From the human T2T-CHM13v2.0 reference genome, Homo sapiens: a stretch of 64,000 nt of DNA. The translations under genes were made by a program, and so were the position numbers. Shown in pieces: positions 1 through 46,922 of this stretch. The notes beneath the pieces were generated by a model. The model made no database searches, was not told where the DNA came from, and saw nothing but the letters and a program-made list of their open reading frames with translations. The stretch lies in assembly GCF_009914755.1 (NCBI RefSeq), contig NC_060944.1. The stretch is one strand, 5' to 3'. Numbering within the stretch: position 1 is the first letter of the stretch; each line of letters starts with the position of its first letter.

Positions 1-67
1 GCTTCCTAAGATCAAACCCTGCTTTTGTGTAAATGCTGACCTCCTTGCCTACATTTTAAAAACCTAG

Positions 68-368
68 AGCTGGGCATGATGGCCCCAGCCTGTAATCCCA
101 GTGATTCAGGAGACTGAGGTGGGAGGATTGCTAGAAGCCAGGAGTTCGAGACCAGCCTGGGTAACATAGCTAGACCACATCTCTTAAAATAAAATAGTTA
201 ATTTAGCCAGGCATGATGATATATGCCTGTAGTCCCAACTACTTGGAAGGCTGAGGTGTGAGGATCTTTGAGCCCGGGAGGTCGAGGCTACAGTAAGCTA
301 TGATCTCACCACTGTACTCCAGCCTGGGTGACAGAGCGAGACCCAGACTCAAAAAATAAAAATAAAAA
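68..368 (+). mobile_element. Alu (old, AluJ-like)
   Basis: Dimeric Alu consensus with A-rich tail. Confidence 0.9.
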
Positions 369-1027
369 CCCTGAATATCTTCCTTCTACTTCTTCAGTGC
401 TGTTTTTATTTAAAAAAAAAAAAAAACCAGCCAAAACCACAACTTTTTACTGAAGTGTAATGTAAATGCTGTAAAAGGCAGTGAAAGGCACAAGGGAGGT
501 GGAGGGGTAGGAAGGGTGGAAGTGGCGGGAGGAAGTGGCAGGGCAGGCAAAATGAAGGGAAGCCCTGGGTTCTTGTCCTGCATCCGCAGCCAGCTCCCAC
601 TTTCCTCACCCTCCAGGACCTGTAAACTGTGAGGCTGGACCAGTTATGTCAAATCTGTCCTCCCCCAGAGCTCAGTCCCTCTGCCCTTGGGTGTCCTTGG
701 CACAAGGCAGGCTAGGCTGCACCAGCTTCCTCCATCTCCGTCCTGCCTCCCCCATCCCCAGGTGCCATTCCCACACCATCTGAATCACTGATTTCCTCGC
801 AATCAGACGCTATCTTCCAGTTAATCACTTCGCTTGTATTTAACATAAGAAAGAAAAACCCTTTCATTATCACATACAGCTGGAAATCGGCTTCTTGCAG
901 GAGGCGTATCCAAAGGAATTGGAGAAGAGATAAACTGGTAATTGGTGAAAGAATTACTTTAATTTTTTTTCCTACTTGCTGTCATGATGATGTCCTTAGA
1001 ATTGTGAGCCCGTGGACACTTCTGTAC

Positions 1028-1033
1028 AATAAA
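1028..1033 (+). terminator. Poly(A) signal AATAAA of upstream gene
   Basis: tctgtacAATAAAtctg; upstream UGUA and U-rich tract at 963-971. Confidence 0.7.
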
Positions 1034-1297
1034 TCTGCTATTATTACTTCTAGAACTACAGTTATAATGGTCTACAATGGCCAGATGCCTGCTTGTAATG
1101 AGAAGCTACTGCAGTGAAGATCAACAGAGTCAGGGGGCTTGTCTGTGACCTCTCCTCCTTTTCTCTCCTGCCTTCTCCCTGGGGATGGGTGGGTTTCTAC
1201 TTAAAGACAAGCTCCCAGCTCTCAGACAGAGAATGTATGAGAGCAAAACAGAAGTCACAGTCCTTTGGTACTTAATCTTGAAAGTGACATCCCAGCA

Positions 1298-1330
<33 letters not shown>

Positions 1331-1590
1331 CAAGGGCATGCTCTATCGCCCAGGTTGGAGTAGAGTGGAGTAGAATGTCTCACTGCAGCCTCAAACTCCT
1401 GGGCTCAAGCAATCCTCCCACCTCAGCCTCCTGAGTTGCTGGGACCAGAGGCACACGCTACCATGCCTGGCTAACTTTCATGATTTTTAGTAGAGATGCG
1501 GTCTCACTGTGTTGCCTATGTTAGTCTCAGACTGCTGGGCTCAAGTGATCCTCCTGGCTCAGCCTCCCAAAGTGCTAGGATTACAGGCAG
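1298..1590 (-). mobile_element. Alu (AluJ-like), antisense, long T tail
   Basis: T-run followed by reverse-complement Alu. Confidence 0.9.
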
Positions 1591-2037
1591 GAGCCTCTGC
1601 ATCCACTCCCATCACTTCTGTAAATTGCAGTCAAGGGGCAATTTACCCAGAAGTAGGAACCACTGGAAGCACCATTATAGCAGCTGCCTCTTCAGGAGGG
1701 GAATTTGATTCTGTCCTACAAAATGACATATGCATGTGTTTTTTGACCCAGCAATTCCATTTCTAGTAGTCTAAGCCAAAGATAACATTGGCAAAAATAA
1801 AGATATATGTCCAAGGCTAGTCATTATAGCCCACTGTGTAAATAGCAAAAGCCTGGAAATAACTCAGACAATGTCCATCTACAGAACATTGGCAATAAAC
1901 CAAGGTATATCTACATTGGAGTGCTATGCAGCTGTGAATAGAAATGAGTATCTCTATACTGCTATGGAGTGAACTCCATGATGTTTTGCTAAGAGGAAAA
2001 AAAAAGTGGAAAACTGTATATATAATATAGAATCTTT

Positions 2038-5226
<3,189 letters not shown>

Positions 5227-5449
5227 GACTCTTGGTTCCAAGTAACAGAAGACAATGTAAGCTAGATTAAAATATGGGGCGGGAGACTTAATAAACTTAT
5301 TTTAATGTTGCGGGGGGAGACATATGGAACACAGACAGGAATGTATTCAGCCTAGGGAATGGATAGAAACAGGCAGGACTGGGAGAGCTGGCAAAGTGCT
5401 TTTTCTGTTCTGTTCATCTGTTCACTCTTGGAGCTCTGTGCAAACCTAC

Positions 5450-6300
5450 TTTTTTTTTTTTTTGAGATGCAGTTTTGCACTGTCACCCAGGCTGGAGTGC
5501 AGCGGTGCGATCTCGGCTCATTTCAACCTCGGCCTCCTGGGTTCAGGCAATTCTCCTGCCTCAGCCTCCCGAGTAGCTCCCTCCACCATACCCAGCTAAT
5601 TTTTGTATTTTTAGTAGAGATGGGGTTTTGCCATGTTGGCCAGGCTGGTTTCGAACTCCTGACCTCAGGTGATCTGTCTGCCTCGGCTTCCCAAAGTGCT
5701 GGGATTACAGGCGTGAGCCACTGCGCCCGGCCGCAAACCAATTTTTTCTGCTTCTTTGACCCCACGAGGAATGTGGCATCACACTTTGAGAAGTAAGTCT
5801 CTATTCCAAGGTGGTGGGGTTTAGGAGGTACAAACATGGCTGTTGGGGCCTAATCTATGATCTATAGGAGGAATGGTTGTAAGTTGGGTAGATGTCAAAT
5901 ATGTCCACTATGAAGATGTAGTTTTTTTTTTGAGACAGAATCTCGCTCTATCGCCCAGGCTGGAGTGCAGTAGCGTGATCTCGGCTCACTGCAACCTCCG
6001 TCTCCCAGGTTCAAGCAATTCTCTGCCTCAGCCTCCTGAGTAGCTGGGATTACAGGTGCCCCGCCGCCATGCCCGGCTAATTTTTTTTCGTATTTTTAGT
6101 AGAGACAGGGTTTCACCAAGTTGGCCAGGCTGGTCTTGAACTCCTGACCTTGTGATCCACCCACCTTGGCCTACCAATGTGCTGGGATTACAGACGTGAG
6201 CCACCACACCCGGACTGTTTTTTTTTTTGAAGATGGAGTCTCGCTCTGTCACCCAGGCTGAGTGTAGCGGCATGATCTCAGCTCAATGCAACCTCTGCCC
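5450..6300 (-). mobile_element. Antisense Alus (~5450-5732, 5922-6215, partial to 6300)
   Basis: T tails followed by gagac/gagat...ctcagcctcc...gggattacagg. Confidence 0.9.
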
Positions 6301-6518
6301 AAGATATAGGTATTTTAAGGGATCCTAAACTTGGTATTGTCACTGCAATCATTCCTTAGCAAATGGTGTGTGTGCACTCACACTCTGAAAGGTACTGGGG
6401 GATGTAAAGATGCAAAGTCTTAATCTGATAGCTCTCATATCTAGTTGGGATTATACAACGTGTACACCAAGAATCTTAGGACCAGGAAGTATGAGAAATG
6501 CCACTGAGAGTGACATAA

Positions 6519-8324
<1,806 letters not shown>

Positions 8325-8486
8325 TCATTCTGTAGGCAAAGAAGCCACCATAACCTTTTTAACATAGGCGAGATTATAAACAGGAGAATGCTTTAATAAG
8401 ATTACCCTGGGAGCTGTGGGCCTGGAGAGTAGAGACTAGAGGCAGAACAAACTCTTAGGAGGCCATTGAAATAAATTACTAATTAG

Positions 8487-10497
<2,011 letters not shown>

Positions 10498-10584
10498 TTA
10501 GCTGCAAGAAAGCTCAAGGGAAGTCTGCCTCCTGGCTCTTAGAGAGCAGGAACAGACGAAGACGTGAATCATTAGGGGGCAGAA

Positions 10585-11080
10585 GGCGGACTATGGGCTC
10601 CAAGATGGCCTCCAGAGATTCTCTTCCTCCTGATATTCATGTCCTTGTGTAGTACCAACCTACACTGAATAGGGATGACCTGTGTGATAACAGGATATTG
10701 CATAAATGATGGAGTATAACTTCCCAGCCTAGGTCATAAAAGACATTGCGATTTGTCGTTTTCTCATCCTTCACTAGCTCTAGGGAAGGCCTGCTGCCAT
10801 GTTGAAAGGACACTCACGTAGTCCTATGAAAGCCTGCATTGTGAGCTGAGGCCTCCTGCCAACAGCCAGCACCAACTTGCCAGCCATATGAGCAAGCCAC
10901 CTTGGAAGTGGATACCCCAACCCACTACACTTTCAGAGGACTGCAACCTCTTGAAAGATTCTGAACAAGAACCACCCAGCTTATCAATCCTGAATTCCTG
11001 ACTCACAGAAACTGGGATAATACATACATACATACTACTGTTTAAGCTGAAGTTTTGGTGTTTTTACCTAGCGATAGGCC
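10585..11080 (+). mobile_element. MaLR solo LTR (MLT1-type)
   Basis: Typical MLT1 motifs: ctccaagatggcctcc, gagctgaggcctcctgccaacagccagcaccaacttgccagcca, gaattcctgactcacagaaactg, tgttttaagc. Confidence 0.7.
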
Positions 11081-11317
11081 TCTAATGTGGTAGATGAATA
11101 TTTTGTATGATGTTTTGTCATTGAAACGGCTCTCGATTTTCAAGTCATTCCTTTAGAATCTGGCTAGTTTCTCTGAAGCTCTATGCTTACCATTCTTGTA
11201 CTTATTCTGGTGTATACAACCAGAAAGTTGGCTTCTCTCTAGGGGTAAATAACCGGAGAGTGATAAAGAACTTAGTTCTCACTATAATAACCACAGAGAA
11301 AGGATGCCTCTTGTTAG

Positions 11318-13320
<2,003 letters not shown>

Positions 13321-13687
13321 ACGGAGGCACTTTTAATTAGCCCACGGTCCAGTGAAATTTGACGGAGTGAGGAAGTGACCTCAGAGTCCAGAACGGGATG
13401 GGATCCTTCCGGGCTTGGGCAGCCTTTGGTAGTGGGGATGCTTGGAAGGGTCAGGGTCTCAGTCCTGGAGGTGACCAATTTTTCTCTCCAAAAGAGAAAG
13501 GAAGATGATTAAAAAAAAAATCCATGCTCCAAAGCGGCAGCCAAATCCTTCTATGGCCCCCAATGCATCACCCAGAAAGGGGCTCCAGACTCTCCTGCAA
13601 AAGGCCAACTCTACTTCCCGGCTCCCACTTCCCCTCCTTCGCCACAGGAGGGTGGCGAAGGATTTATAACCCACCTCTTTCTTTCAG

Positions 13688-14880
<1,193 letters not shown>

Positions 14881-15989
14881 CGCTTGTTGGAGTGGAGGGC
14901 TTTTCCCCAGGACCTGTCCTCCCTTTTCTTAGCTCCTTGGGCATTCTCTTCCTGAGGGTCACATGATTTTATCCTCGAGAAGGCTTCTTTTGACTCATTT
15001 CCACCTCCTTTCCTCCCAAATCCTTTGAATCCCCAATGTTTGTTTTCCGTGGGTTTCCAAAGAGCTGCTCTCTAATACTTTAAGTCCCTTTTATTCGTCA
15101 ATTTCGGGCTTACTGGAAAATGGTGAACTGCCCCTTGAGTTGCACCAGGCCTGAAACTGTATTCCGTGCACCTCTAAGGTGGCTGCCCTTCTTCTCGTGA
15201 GAATCCAGGTCATCTCTCACCCACATATCCCCTCCGTTTTCCTTCTGTCTATTTGCAGGTACTCACGATTCAGAACTGTGGCATTCTGGGCATTAAGGCT
15301 CTTTGTTTTGAGGGGAAACAACATCTTTCTGAATTTTGCCTTGGGAGTTGCATACGCTCCTCCCAGAGAATCCGTTTCCCCATTTTATTAGGTTTCTTTT
15401 TCTGTGTTGTGTATTTTCTCCCCTTTACAAGTCTTCAATTCAGGACCGCTGCCTGGCAGCCATTGCTGCTGTTGAAAGTATCAATTGTCCTGATACTGTA
15501 ATATGAGCTTTACAGTGTGATGCCATTTTACATATGGTTGGACTTTTTGGTGGGTGTTGCCAGATTCCTATTTCAGGAAATTGACTTGTTTAAATGCAGA
15601 TTGTGAGAGGGAGGGAAAATGGCAAGATGTGAGATTTTTATTGAATAGTCTTCTACCTTAGCCCAGTCACCCAACTGCTTTTTTGAATCTTCTCTGATAT
15701 GGATGATTAAATGTAGTTCTATTTTGCTGTGAAAAGTTTGGGAGTTTTCAGTTCTTTTGTCTTTTTCCATCTTCTTGCAACAGATTTGGAAAACAGATTC
15801 TTAACCTGTGCCATTTTCAGAGTCAGTCACCTAGTTTTGTTTTATTTGAGAAGCACCTGAGTTTGAAGCAATGCAAAATATGAGATCCTTCATGGTTTTG
15901 TATTACATCGTTGGAAATGGATGTAAATTCCAAAGATTCAGCAAATAAGAGTATAGCCATTAGCCACAAGGGTTTTTTTGGTTTGTTTT

Positions 15990-21311
<5,322 letters not shown>

Positions 21312-21340
21312 TACTGAACTATGTATTTCCCATTGGAAAG

Positions 21341-22135
21341 TGTGATGTTGTGAAATATATATATTGGTCTTTTGCCCATTTCCTGGCATACAACTCCTGA
21401 AATCCTTAGAAACTCCACAGTGATGTCCTTTTGTGTGCTAAGGAGTTAACTGATGGCTGGAAGCCTCTGGACTTAGTCATGGAAAGAACAAGACAGGATT
21501 AGAGGGTTGGGACTTTCACTCCTCTCCAGCCTCTGGGGAGGGGTGGGGGCTTGAAGGTTAAGTTGATCACCAGTGGACAGTGATTTAATCAATTATACCT
21601 ACTAATGAAGCCTCCATTAAAAACCCAGGAGGACAGGGTTTGGAGAGCTTCTGGATGGCCAAACAAGAGGTTCCAGGAGGGTGCAGTGCCCGAGAGCACA
21701 GAAGTTCCGTGTCCCTCCCCTATACTGTGTACTATGCGTCTCTTCCTCTGAATCTTTTGAAATATCTTTATAATAAACCAGTAAATGTGTTTCTTAGGTT
21801 CTGTGATCCAGTCTAGCAAATTAATCCAAACCAAAGAGGGGTCATGCAAACTCCAACTTGAAGCCAGTTGATCAGAAGTTCTGGAGGCCCAGATTGGCAA
21901 CTGGTGTCTGGCAGAGGTGTGGTGGAGGAGCAGTCTTGAGGGACTTAGCCCTCGACCTGTGGCATATGATGCTATCTCCAGGTACATAGTCGTTGGAATT
22001 GCATTGGAGGGCACCCAGCTGGTGAGTGCTGCAGAATTGGTTACTTGCTTTGTGTGTGGGCTCACAGAAGTCTTCTGTGTTGATCGTTGCTGTGGTGTGA
22101 GAGCAGAGGAAAAACTTTGTTTTTCCACACTCTTA
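21341..22135 (+). mobile_element. Solo LTR, MER21-like (~790 bp)
   Basis: Starts TGTGATGTTGTGAAATATATATATTGGTC; internal AATAAA 21772-21777; ends ...tttttccacac; possible AAAG target-site duplication. Confidence 0.75.
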
Positions 22136-22351
22136 AAGGATTTCAGTCGTTGAGACCTATTATGGGACCTTGTGCTTTGCATACGTTTTGAAATGTGGCC
22201 TAAGTCAAGTATAGGTTGTCTAGACTGAGTACCTTGGAGGTCTTAATATCAGGAAATATGTTAAGGGCTGTGAATAGACTGAAATATCTGAAAATTAATG
22301 GCCAGGACTCACTAACTAGAAGGCGGGGGCCTTCTCTTATCAGTGAGCTCT

Positions 22352-30951
<8,600 letters not shown>

Positions 30952-30974
30952 TAGATTGGGAGGGGAAGCATGTA

Positions 30975-32305
<1,331 letters not shown>

Positions 32306-32809
32306 AAAGGACATTTTGGGAACCGGTGTTAATGTCTATTGAAACCTTTTATTTTTGGAATATCAGATTTTGAAAGATAAATTGACCATTGGAGGTTATA
32401 TGTTACATAGGTTTGGGAATTTCCTGTTTCTAGTTTGCTGCTAAACCAGAACTCTGAAGTCTCAATGTTTTTTTTTAAGCCGATAGGAAAGAGAGATTTT
32501 CATTCTGAATCTTTGTTTTTCACAGTTGAGGCTTACGAGTAGTCATCTTGTTATTTTTAAAACACTTCATAGTGCGGTTTGCGCTTGTCTGACAGGATGG
32601 TTGGGTTGGCTCAATACTTTGATATTTTTCTTTTTCGTCTTTGCCGTAGTATTTTTTTTTTAAGTTATGCATCTAAATCAAGACAGAATCACATTTCTTT
32701 GCCCCAAAACCCTTTTGCCTAGAATTATGTTCTTTGGAAACCCTAGCGTTTGAAATAAGTTGCTACTGTGGTAAGGGTAAATTTAATTTTCAGAAAAAAG
32801 CTGTTCTGA

Positions 32810-33196
<387 letters not shown>

Positions 33197-33994
33197 TAGC
33201 TTATATACAATTTATGGTAATTTGATTGTTAAAAATAATGCCAGTAGCAAGTGGTGAAATAATTTCCATCTCTAATGGAACTTGAATTTTCTTGAGTCAA
33301 ATGAAGATTAAAGGTACGCTAGTGATAGGAGTTGGCCATCTAGAGGTGGTTGTCTAGTTCAGATGTATGGACGACAATCAGAGCCACTAAAAGGGTAGCA
33401 TTTTATTGCTCCTTTAGTATGAAAAATTAGGGCATCTGCTATACGTTGAGGAAGAAACTACCTAAAAGGAACATCATTAGATCATGAACAATGAGATTGA
33501 AATATAATTAAAATCATTTCATGTCATAAAATTGTTTTCAGTCTTGTCTACCACATAATTTCTCTTGTCTCCCTCAGTTGTTTGCTGGCATGTTCACTAA
33601 CTGAAAAAAATAAGGAACTCTGGTCAAAAGTGGTGTTTTCAGGCTCAGGGCTGGTCTGAGATGGGTGACTGCAGAGCCCTCCTCTCCCAGAATGCTTTCT
33701 GATGTGTTCTGTGCTGCACACTTAACTGGAGTCTCGCCACCATGTCTGGCCCCTGGGGAATGCTGCCAGGCGCTCTATCTTGCTTTCATTGAGTGAACAC
33801 TGGAGAACATTGTGAGCAAGACCTTGAGGCTAGGTCCTTTCAGGGTGGATGGTGGGGGTAGGCCGGAGAACTGACAAATGAATAAGCCAAGATCCTGACC
33901 GTCAGGGTGCAATACAGATTGAAAATGTCTTCAGTGACTGACTGTTTTTCTGTTGCTAAATGAGAGAATATTAGTCTGAAAGAGATTCTGCCTT

Positions 33995-34797
<803 letters not shown>

Positions 34798-35404
34798 GAT
34801 CCTCTTCATTTTTAGTTGCTATACAGTGCTCCATAATACGAATAATAATTTAGTCATTCCTTTATTATTTAAATGGAATTAATTGATTATGAAACAGTTC
34901 AAATTTTGACTGCTAAAATTCCCCTCCCTCCCAAGAGGCTGTAGCTAGTTTAGATAGTGAAAAAAATCTTACCTTCTAACTGGATACTTTCAGCCTTTTG
35001 GCTTCAGTTTGTTAAATAATGTGTGGCCTCTTTTGATACTGCTCCAAAGCCTTGAGATGGTCCTCTGTCACAGTCCTTGTGGCTCCCACCCTGTGTCACA
35101 AGGTGGTTTCTGATAGTGCTGTGGCCTGAGCTTGGTATCAGCCCCATTGTCCCTGTAAGCAGAGATCTGAATTTCTGTTTGAAGGTTGATAAATGCTGTG
35201 GTTTTTTTTTTTTGTTTTTTTTGTTTTTTTTTTGGTCACACTTATTCAGCTGCTGCAGTAGTTTCTATGTAGAGTGTATTTGGGTCTGTAGTAGCAGGAG
35301 TCTGTCTCAGCACTGTGTCCCTAGGTTTGCTCCTAAATCTGTTCTGTAAAGCATGCACAAATAATACACATCTGTGAGTGCACTTTCATGGTTGTTTCAC
35401 GTAG

Positions 35405-35737
<333 letters not shown>

Positions 35738-36207
35738 TAAGTTGTATATAAAACTCACTGTTTATTCTTAGTATCCTAACGGGCTGAGTTTTCAGGTATT
35801 ACATGTAACTACACCTTCAAGAACCTGTTAGGTGAAAGTGTTTCTGGATTATGCAAACAAATGTTTCTCTTTGAAAATTCTGATTTTATGACCTAGTTTT
35901 CTTTAATCTCTACTGTTCAAGATTTATTATCCTAGGTGTTTCTTAAAAGATCACATCAGCAGACTCATTGTAGCCTTTGCCCTCAGATAGTTTATGGTGT
36001 GCATACACAAAGTAGCTAAAGTTATTAGGCAGCATCTGTAAGGAGAAGGCACGGGAAAGGACCTAGCTCTGAAACCTGTGTAAATTTCATGCTTCCACAC
36101 ACATGTGTGTGTAGAATAATGATGTATTCTATGTATGTGATTTAGAAGTTGATATGTACTGATCAGTAGAAAAATTATTGAGGGAAGGTAGTATGAAAAG
36201 AGAGGAT

Positions 36208-36808
<601 letters not shown>

Positions 36809-37325
36809 TGAGGATTAGATGGAAGAAGAGAATGTTTCGGCTTAAGGGTCAGAGGTCACTTCAGGAAAAACAGGCATCTAGGGATTGGGATAAACAATTT
36901 TTTTAAAAAAACAGTTGTGATTTAAATAGAGGAGTAATTTTTTTGTGACAAAACACGTTGCAGGAGGAGTATGTTTGGGGGTGTACTGATAAGCCAGGGT
37001 GACAAGGTGCTTGGATGAGAATGACTCAGGGAATGTACTTGGAGAAGGGAAAGGGAGGAGGTGTTAGCATGGCCCCAGGCGTGTCAGGCTAATTTGCACC
37101 TGAGGCTCTTCATACTTGGCAGACAGCCAGACTGCACTGGGGACGTGGGCCCTGTGTTTTGTACTTTGCATGTTGGCTCACATGCATATGTACCTTAAAG
37201 GTGTATATCAGGCACCTTATCTTTTCACAGACTTGTTTCCTACCAGTGGCATTTGCATGATTGGGTTGGATATGTGAATATGGTTTTGGGGTTCATAAAT
37301 GTTAACTTCTTGTTCTTATTTTTAA

Positions 37326-37541
<216 letters not shown>

Positions 37542-37575
37542 TAAGGGGGCATGTGTGTTCTAAGAAATACAGGCG

Positions 37576-37863
37576 GGCCGGGCGCGGTGGCTCATGCCTT
37601 TAATCCCAAAACTTTGAGAGGCCGAGATGGGCAGATCATGAGGTCAGGAGTTTGAGACCAGCCTGGCCAACATAGTGTAACCCTGTCTCTACTAAAAATA
37701 CAAAAATTAGCTAGGCATGGTGGTGCGCGCCTGTAGACCCAGGTACTTGGGAGGCTGAGGCAGGAGAATCACTTGAACCCTGGAGGTGGAGGGTGCGGTG
37801 AGCTCCAGCCTAGGTAACGGAGTGAGACTCTGTCTCAAAAAAAAAAAAAAAAAAAAAAAAAAG
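37576..37863 (+). mobile_element. Sense Alu ~35 nt after the exon 4 donor
   Basis: Alu consensus with long A tail. Confidence 0.92.
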
Positions 37864-37889
37864 ACATAAAATAATAATATTGGGCATAT

Positions 37890-41150
<3,261 letters not shown>

Positions 41151-41765
41151 TTAGAAGTACAATTGTTTTTCGTATATTGGGGCACATGGCTTTTACTAAT
41201 AGAAAAATCATATGTATACATGCTTGTTTACTAAGTTTTAGGCACTTGGTCAATGCTGTTGATTTTCTGTTTGTAACATTTGCTCGTTGGTCATCACTTC
41301 CTTTTCTGATTGGAAAATTATTGTAGCAGTTCTGCTGAGCATGTACTTTGAAGTACTTTATCTTCTAGGGAAACCTGAAATTCTTAAGCAGCTCACTCTG
41401 GGACTCAGCTGTCTGTGCTTTACTCTGCTCTGATAGAGCAGTTTACCAGATGTGCATGTGGCCATCTGAGTGGAACAGCTGTGCAGTTGAGATGAATTGC
41501 TGTTAGAGGTGTTGTCCTGGAACTGTCTGGTTGCAGGAGCAATGGTGCCTTCCAGTGCATCTGATGAGATTCTAACTGAATATGTGAATATCTGGTATCC
41601 AAGCTAGATTTCAGTAGAAACCGCAGGGAAAGCTGTCTGCTCATTTAGAATGTTGGAGGGCTCTGTTTGAAGTTTGCATTTCTCTTTGAACAGATGCTCC
41701 ATTGCAAAATAAAAGGTTTGAAGATTTCAACAATGTTGCCCTAAAAGCTAATTTTATTTCAATAA

Positions 41766-41981
<216 letters not shown>

Positions 41982-42403
41982 TAATTGCTCTAAGGAAAAT
42001 ACTGAACTTAAGTGGGCCCCATCACGTCTGTTTTCTCAGAACAGTGCCTAAATGTAGTCATTTGGGGTGGGGTTTGTTTTAGCACGAAGTTAAAACTCTT
42101 CAAATACAGATTAATCTTCTTTTTTTTTTTTTTAAACTGAAGATAAACATTGCTACTTGTCTAGAGGTAAAATGACATCTTTTGAGGAGAAAGTAGAGGA
42201 AGAGTGGAAGGTAGCCAGTGTTCCAGATATTGGGGACTGTTGGGGGTGATGATGGATAACGATGCTGAATGTAGACTCCACACTCACTGCTGAGCTCTAG
42301 AGGCCCTAGGGAGGAATCCAGAGGAAGTCACGGAAGCTGGGAGAAGACTGAGCAGGCCGAGGGGTGCCCTCCTTGGCTCCCCCACCTCAGCAGAGCTGCG
42401 TCT

Positions 42404-42481
42404 TTGTGCTTTCAGCTTCTTTACAGTGCTGCCTTGTAGCATTCAGGTCAAGCAGCATTGTACAGGGCTATGAAAGAACCA
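42404..42481 (+). ncRNA. MIR103A2: pre-miR-103a-2 in PANK2 intron 5 (5p 42414-42436; mature 3p 42451-42473)
   Basis: AGCAGCATTGTACAGGGCTATGA pairs with AGCTTCTTTACAGTGCTGCCTTG in a hairpin; miR-103/107 members are known to lie in PANK introns. Confidence 0.97.
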
Positions 42482-43550
42482 AGAATGGGCTGCCCTTGGG
42501 AAAAGAGGATCTAGGATCCAGTTGGTGCAGCTTATGGCTTGTCCCTGTGTGTATAGTTGTTAAATTATTCTTTTATTTTTATTTTTAAGAAGTTATTCTT
42601 TAGATAATAATAGGCATGTAGCTTAAAAGGAAACCTCAAAAGACACAAAGGATTTGTCTCATTTTAAATTAAAAAAATACTGTATCAGCATCAAGTAATT
42701 AAACATTTGTTGGAATATCATAACTTCTTTTTTCTTTATTGTATGTTCCCTTTCCTGTGCTTACGTATTTTCAGAAATTTTAGTTGGTGTGCATACCACA
42801 ATTTGTATTTTATACTTAAATATACATTTCATGGTTGTATATTTATTTGATCAAGTTCTTTTATATCAAATAACAGAGCTTGGCATTTGGTTGCTTGCTC
42901 ATAACTCGGCAGTAAGCATTTTTAAGCATGAAGTTATTCTTTGGTTGAATTTTATTCTTGATATGGGGCTTAGGAGTGAGATTTCTGGTCTACAGAAATG
43001 ATCATGCTCATGAATTTTGACATTTATCGTCATGATGCTTTGCACAAGGGCTGCACCAATTTAGATCATCTTTAGCGGTGAATGAGTGGATTAATTTTAC
43101 TACAACTACTGATGGTGGTGGTGGAATTTCAGTTGCTTTTTTTTGCGAGGTTAATAGGTCTAAAATTTTACTTTTGTTTGATGACTAGTGGTTTGAATTT
43201 TTCGCTGCCTGTTATATTGCTTGTATACTTTGCCTGTTTGTGTCACTGTCCTTTTGGATTGGAGTCATACTGTTTTTTTTTGTTTATTTTAACTTATCTG
43301 TATAAAACATTGTATTCAAAACTAGTTATTGTTGGTCAGATTTAATACAAATGTTTTTCCTAATCTGTTTTCTTCTCCTGTGACATTATCTAGCATGCTT
43401 TGCAGTGGGTCCAGAGTTGTCTGGGGATCAAGTTTAAGTAGCCCTGGACCAACTGGACTAAATTTGATCAGCAGTCAAATTGTTGCTAAGAGCTATGCAC
43501 ATGGTGCTGTATTTGGGGTAGCTTTTATGAGAAAATAGAAATTAAGATGA

Positions 43551-43712
<162 letters not shown>

Positions 43713-43811
43713 TGACTTGTTCGTTGTGGTATATTATGTACACAGAGGGCTTGTGGGTCACACTGTCATGGAACTTGAGGTAGAGGGTGGAGGTGAAATG
43801 GGCTGCAGTGT

Positions 43812-46922
<3,111 letters not shown>

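Larger units (their letters stand above)
1..1055 (+). other. MAVS: Terminal part of an upstream gene 3' UTR (likely MAVS)
   Basis: TGTA immediately followed by AATAAA (1028-1033) ~12.7 kb upstream of the PANK2 promoter. Identity comes from recalled gene order; no MAVS coding sequence is in the window. Confidence 0.65.

Noticed and set aside
21589-22182. 197-aa minus-strand ORF
   Set aside because: Lies within the MER21-like LTR, non-ATG start, no gag/pol/env similarity.
42404-42481. Antisense miR-103b-2 as an independent gene
   Set aside because: It is only the reverse complement of the same hairpin; nothing in the sequence supports separate expression.
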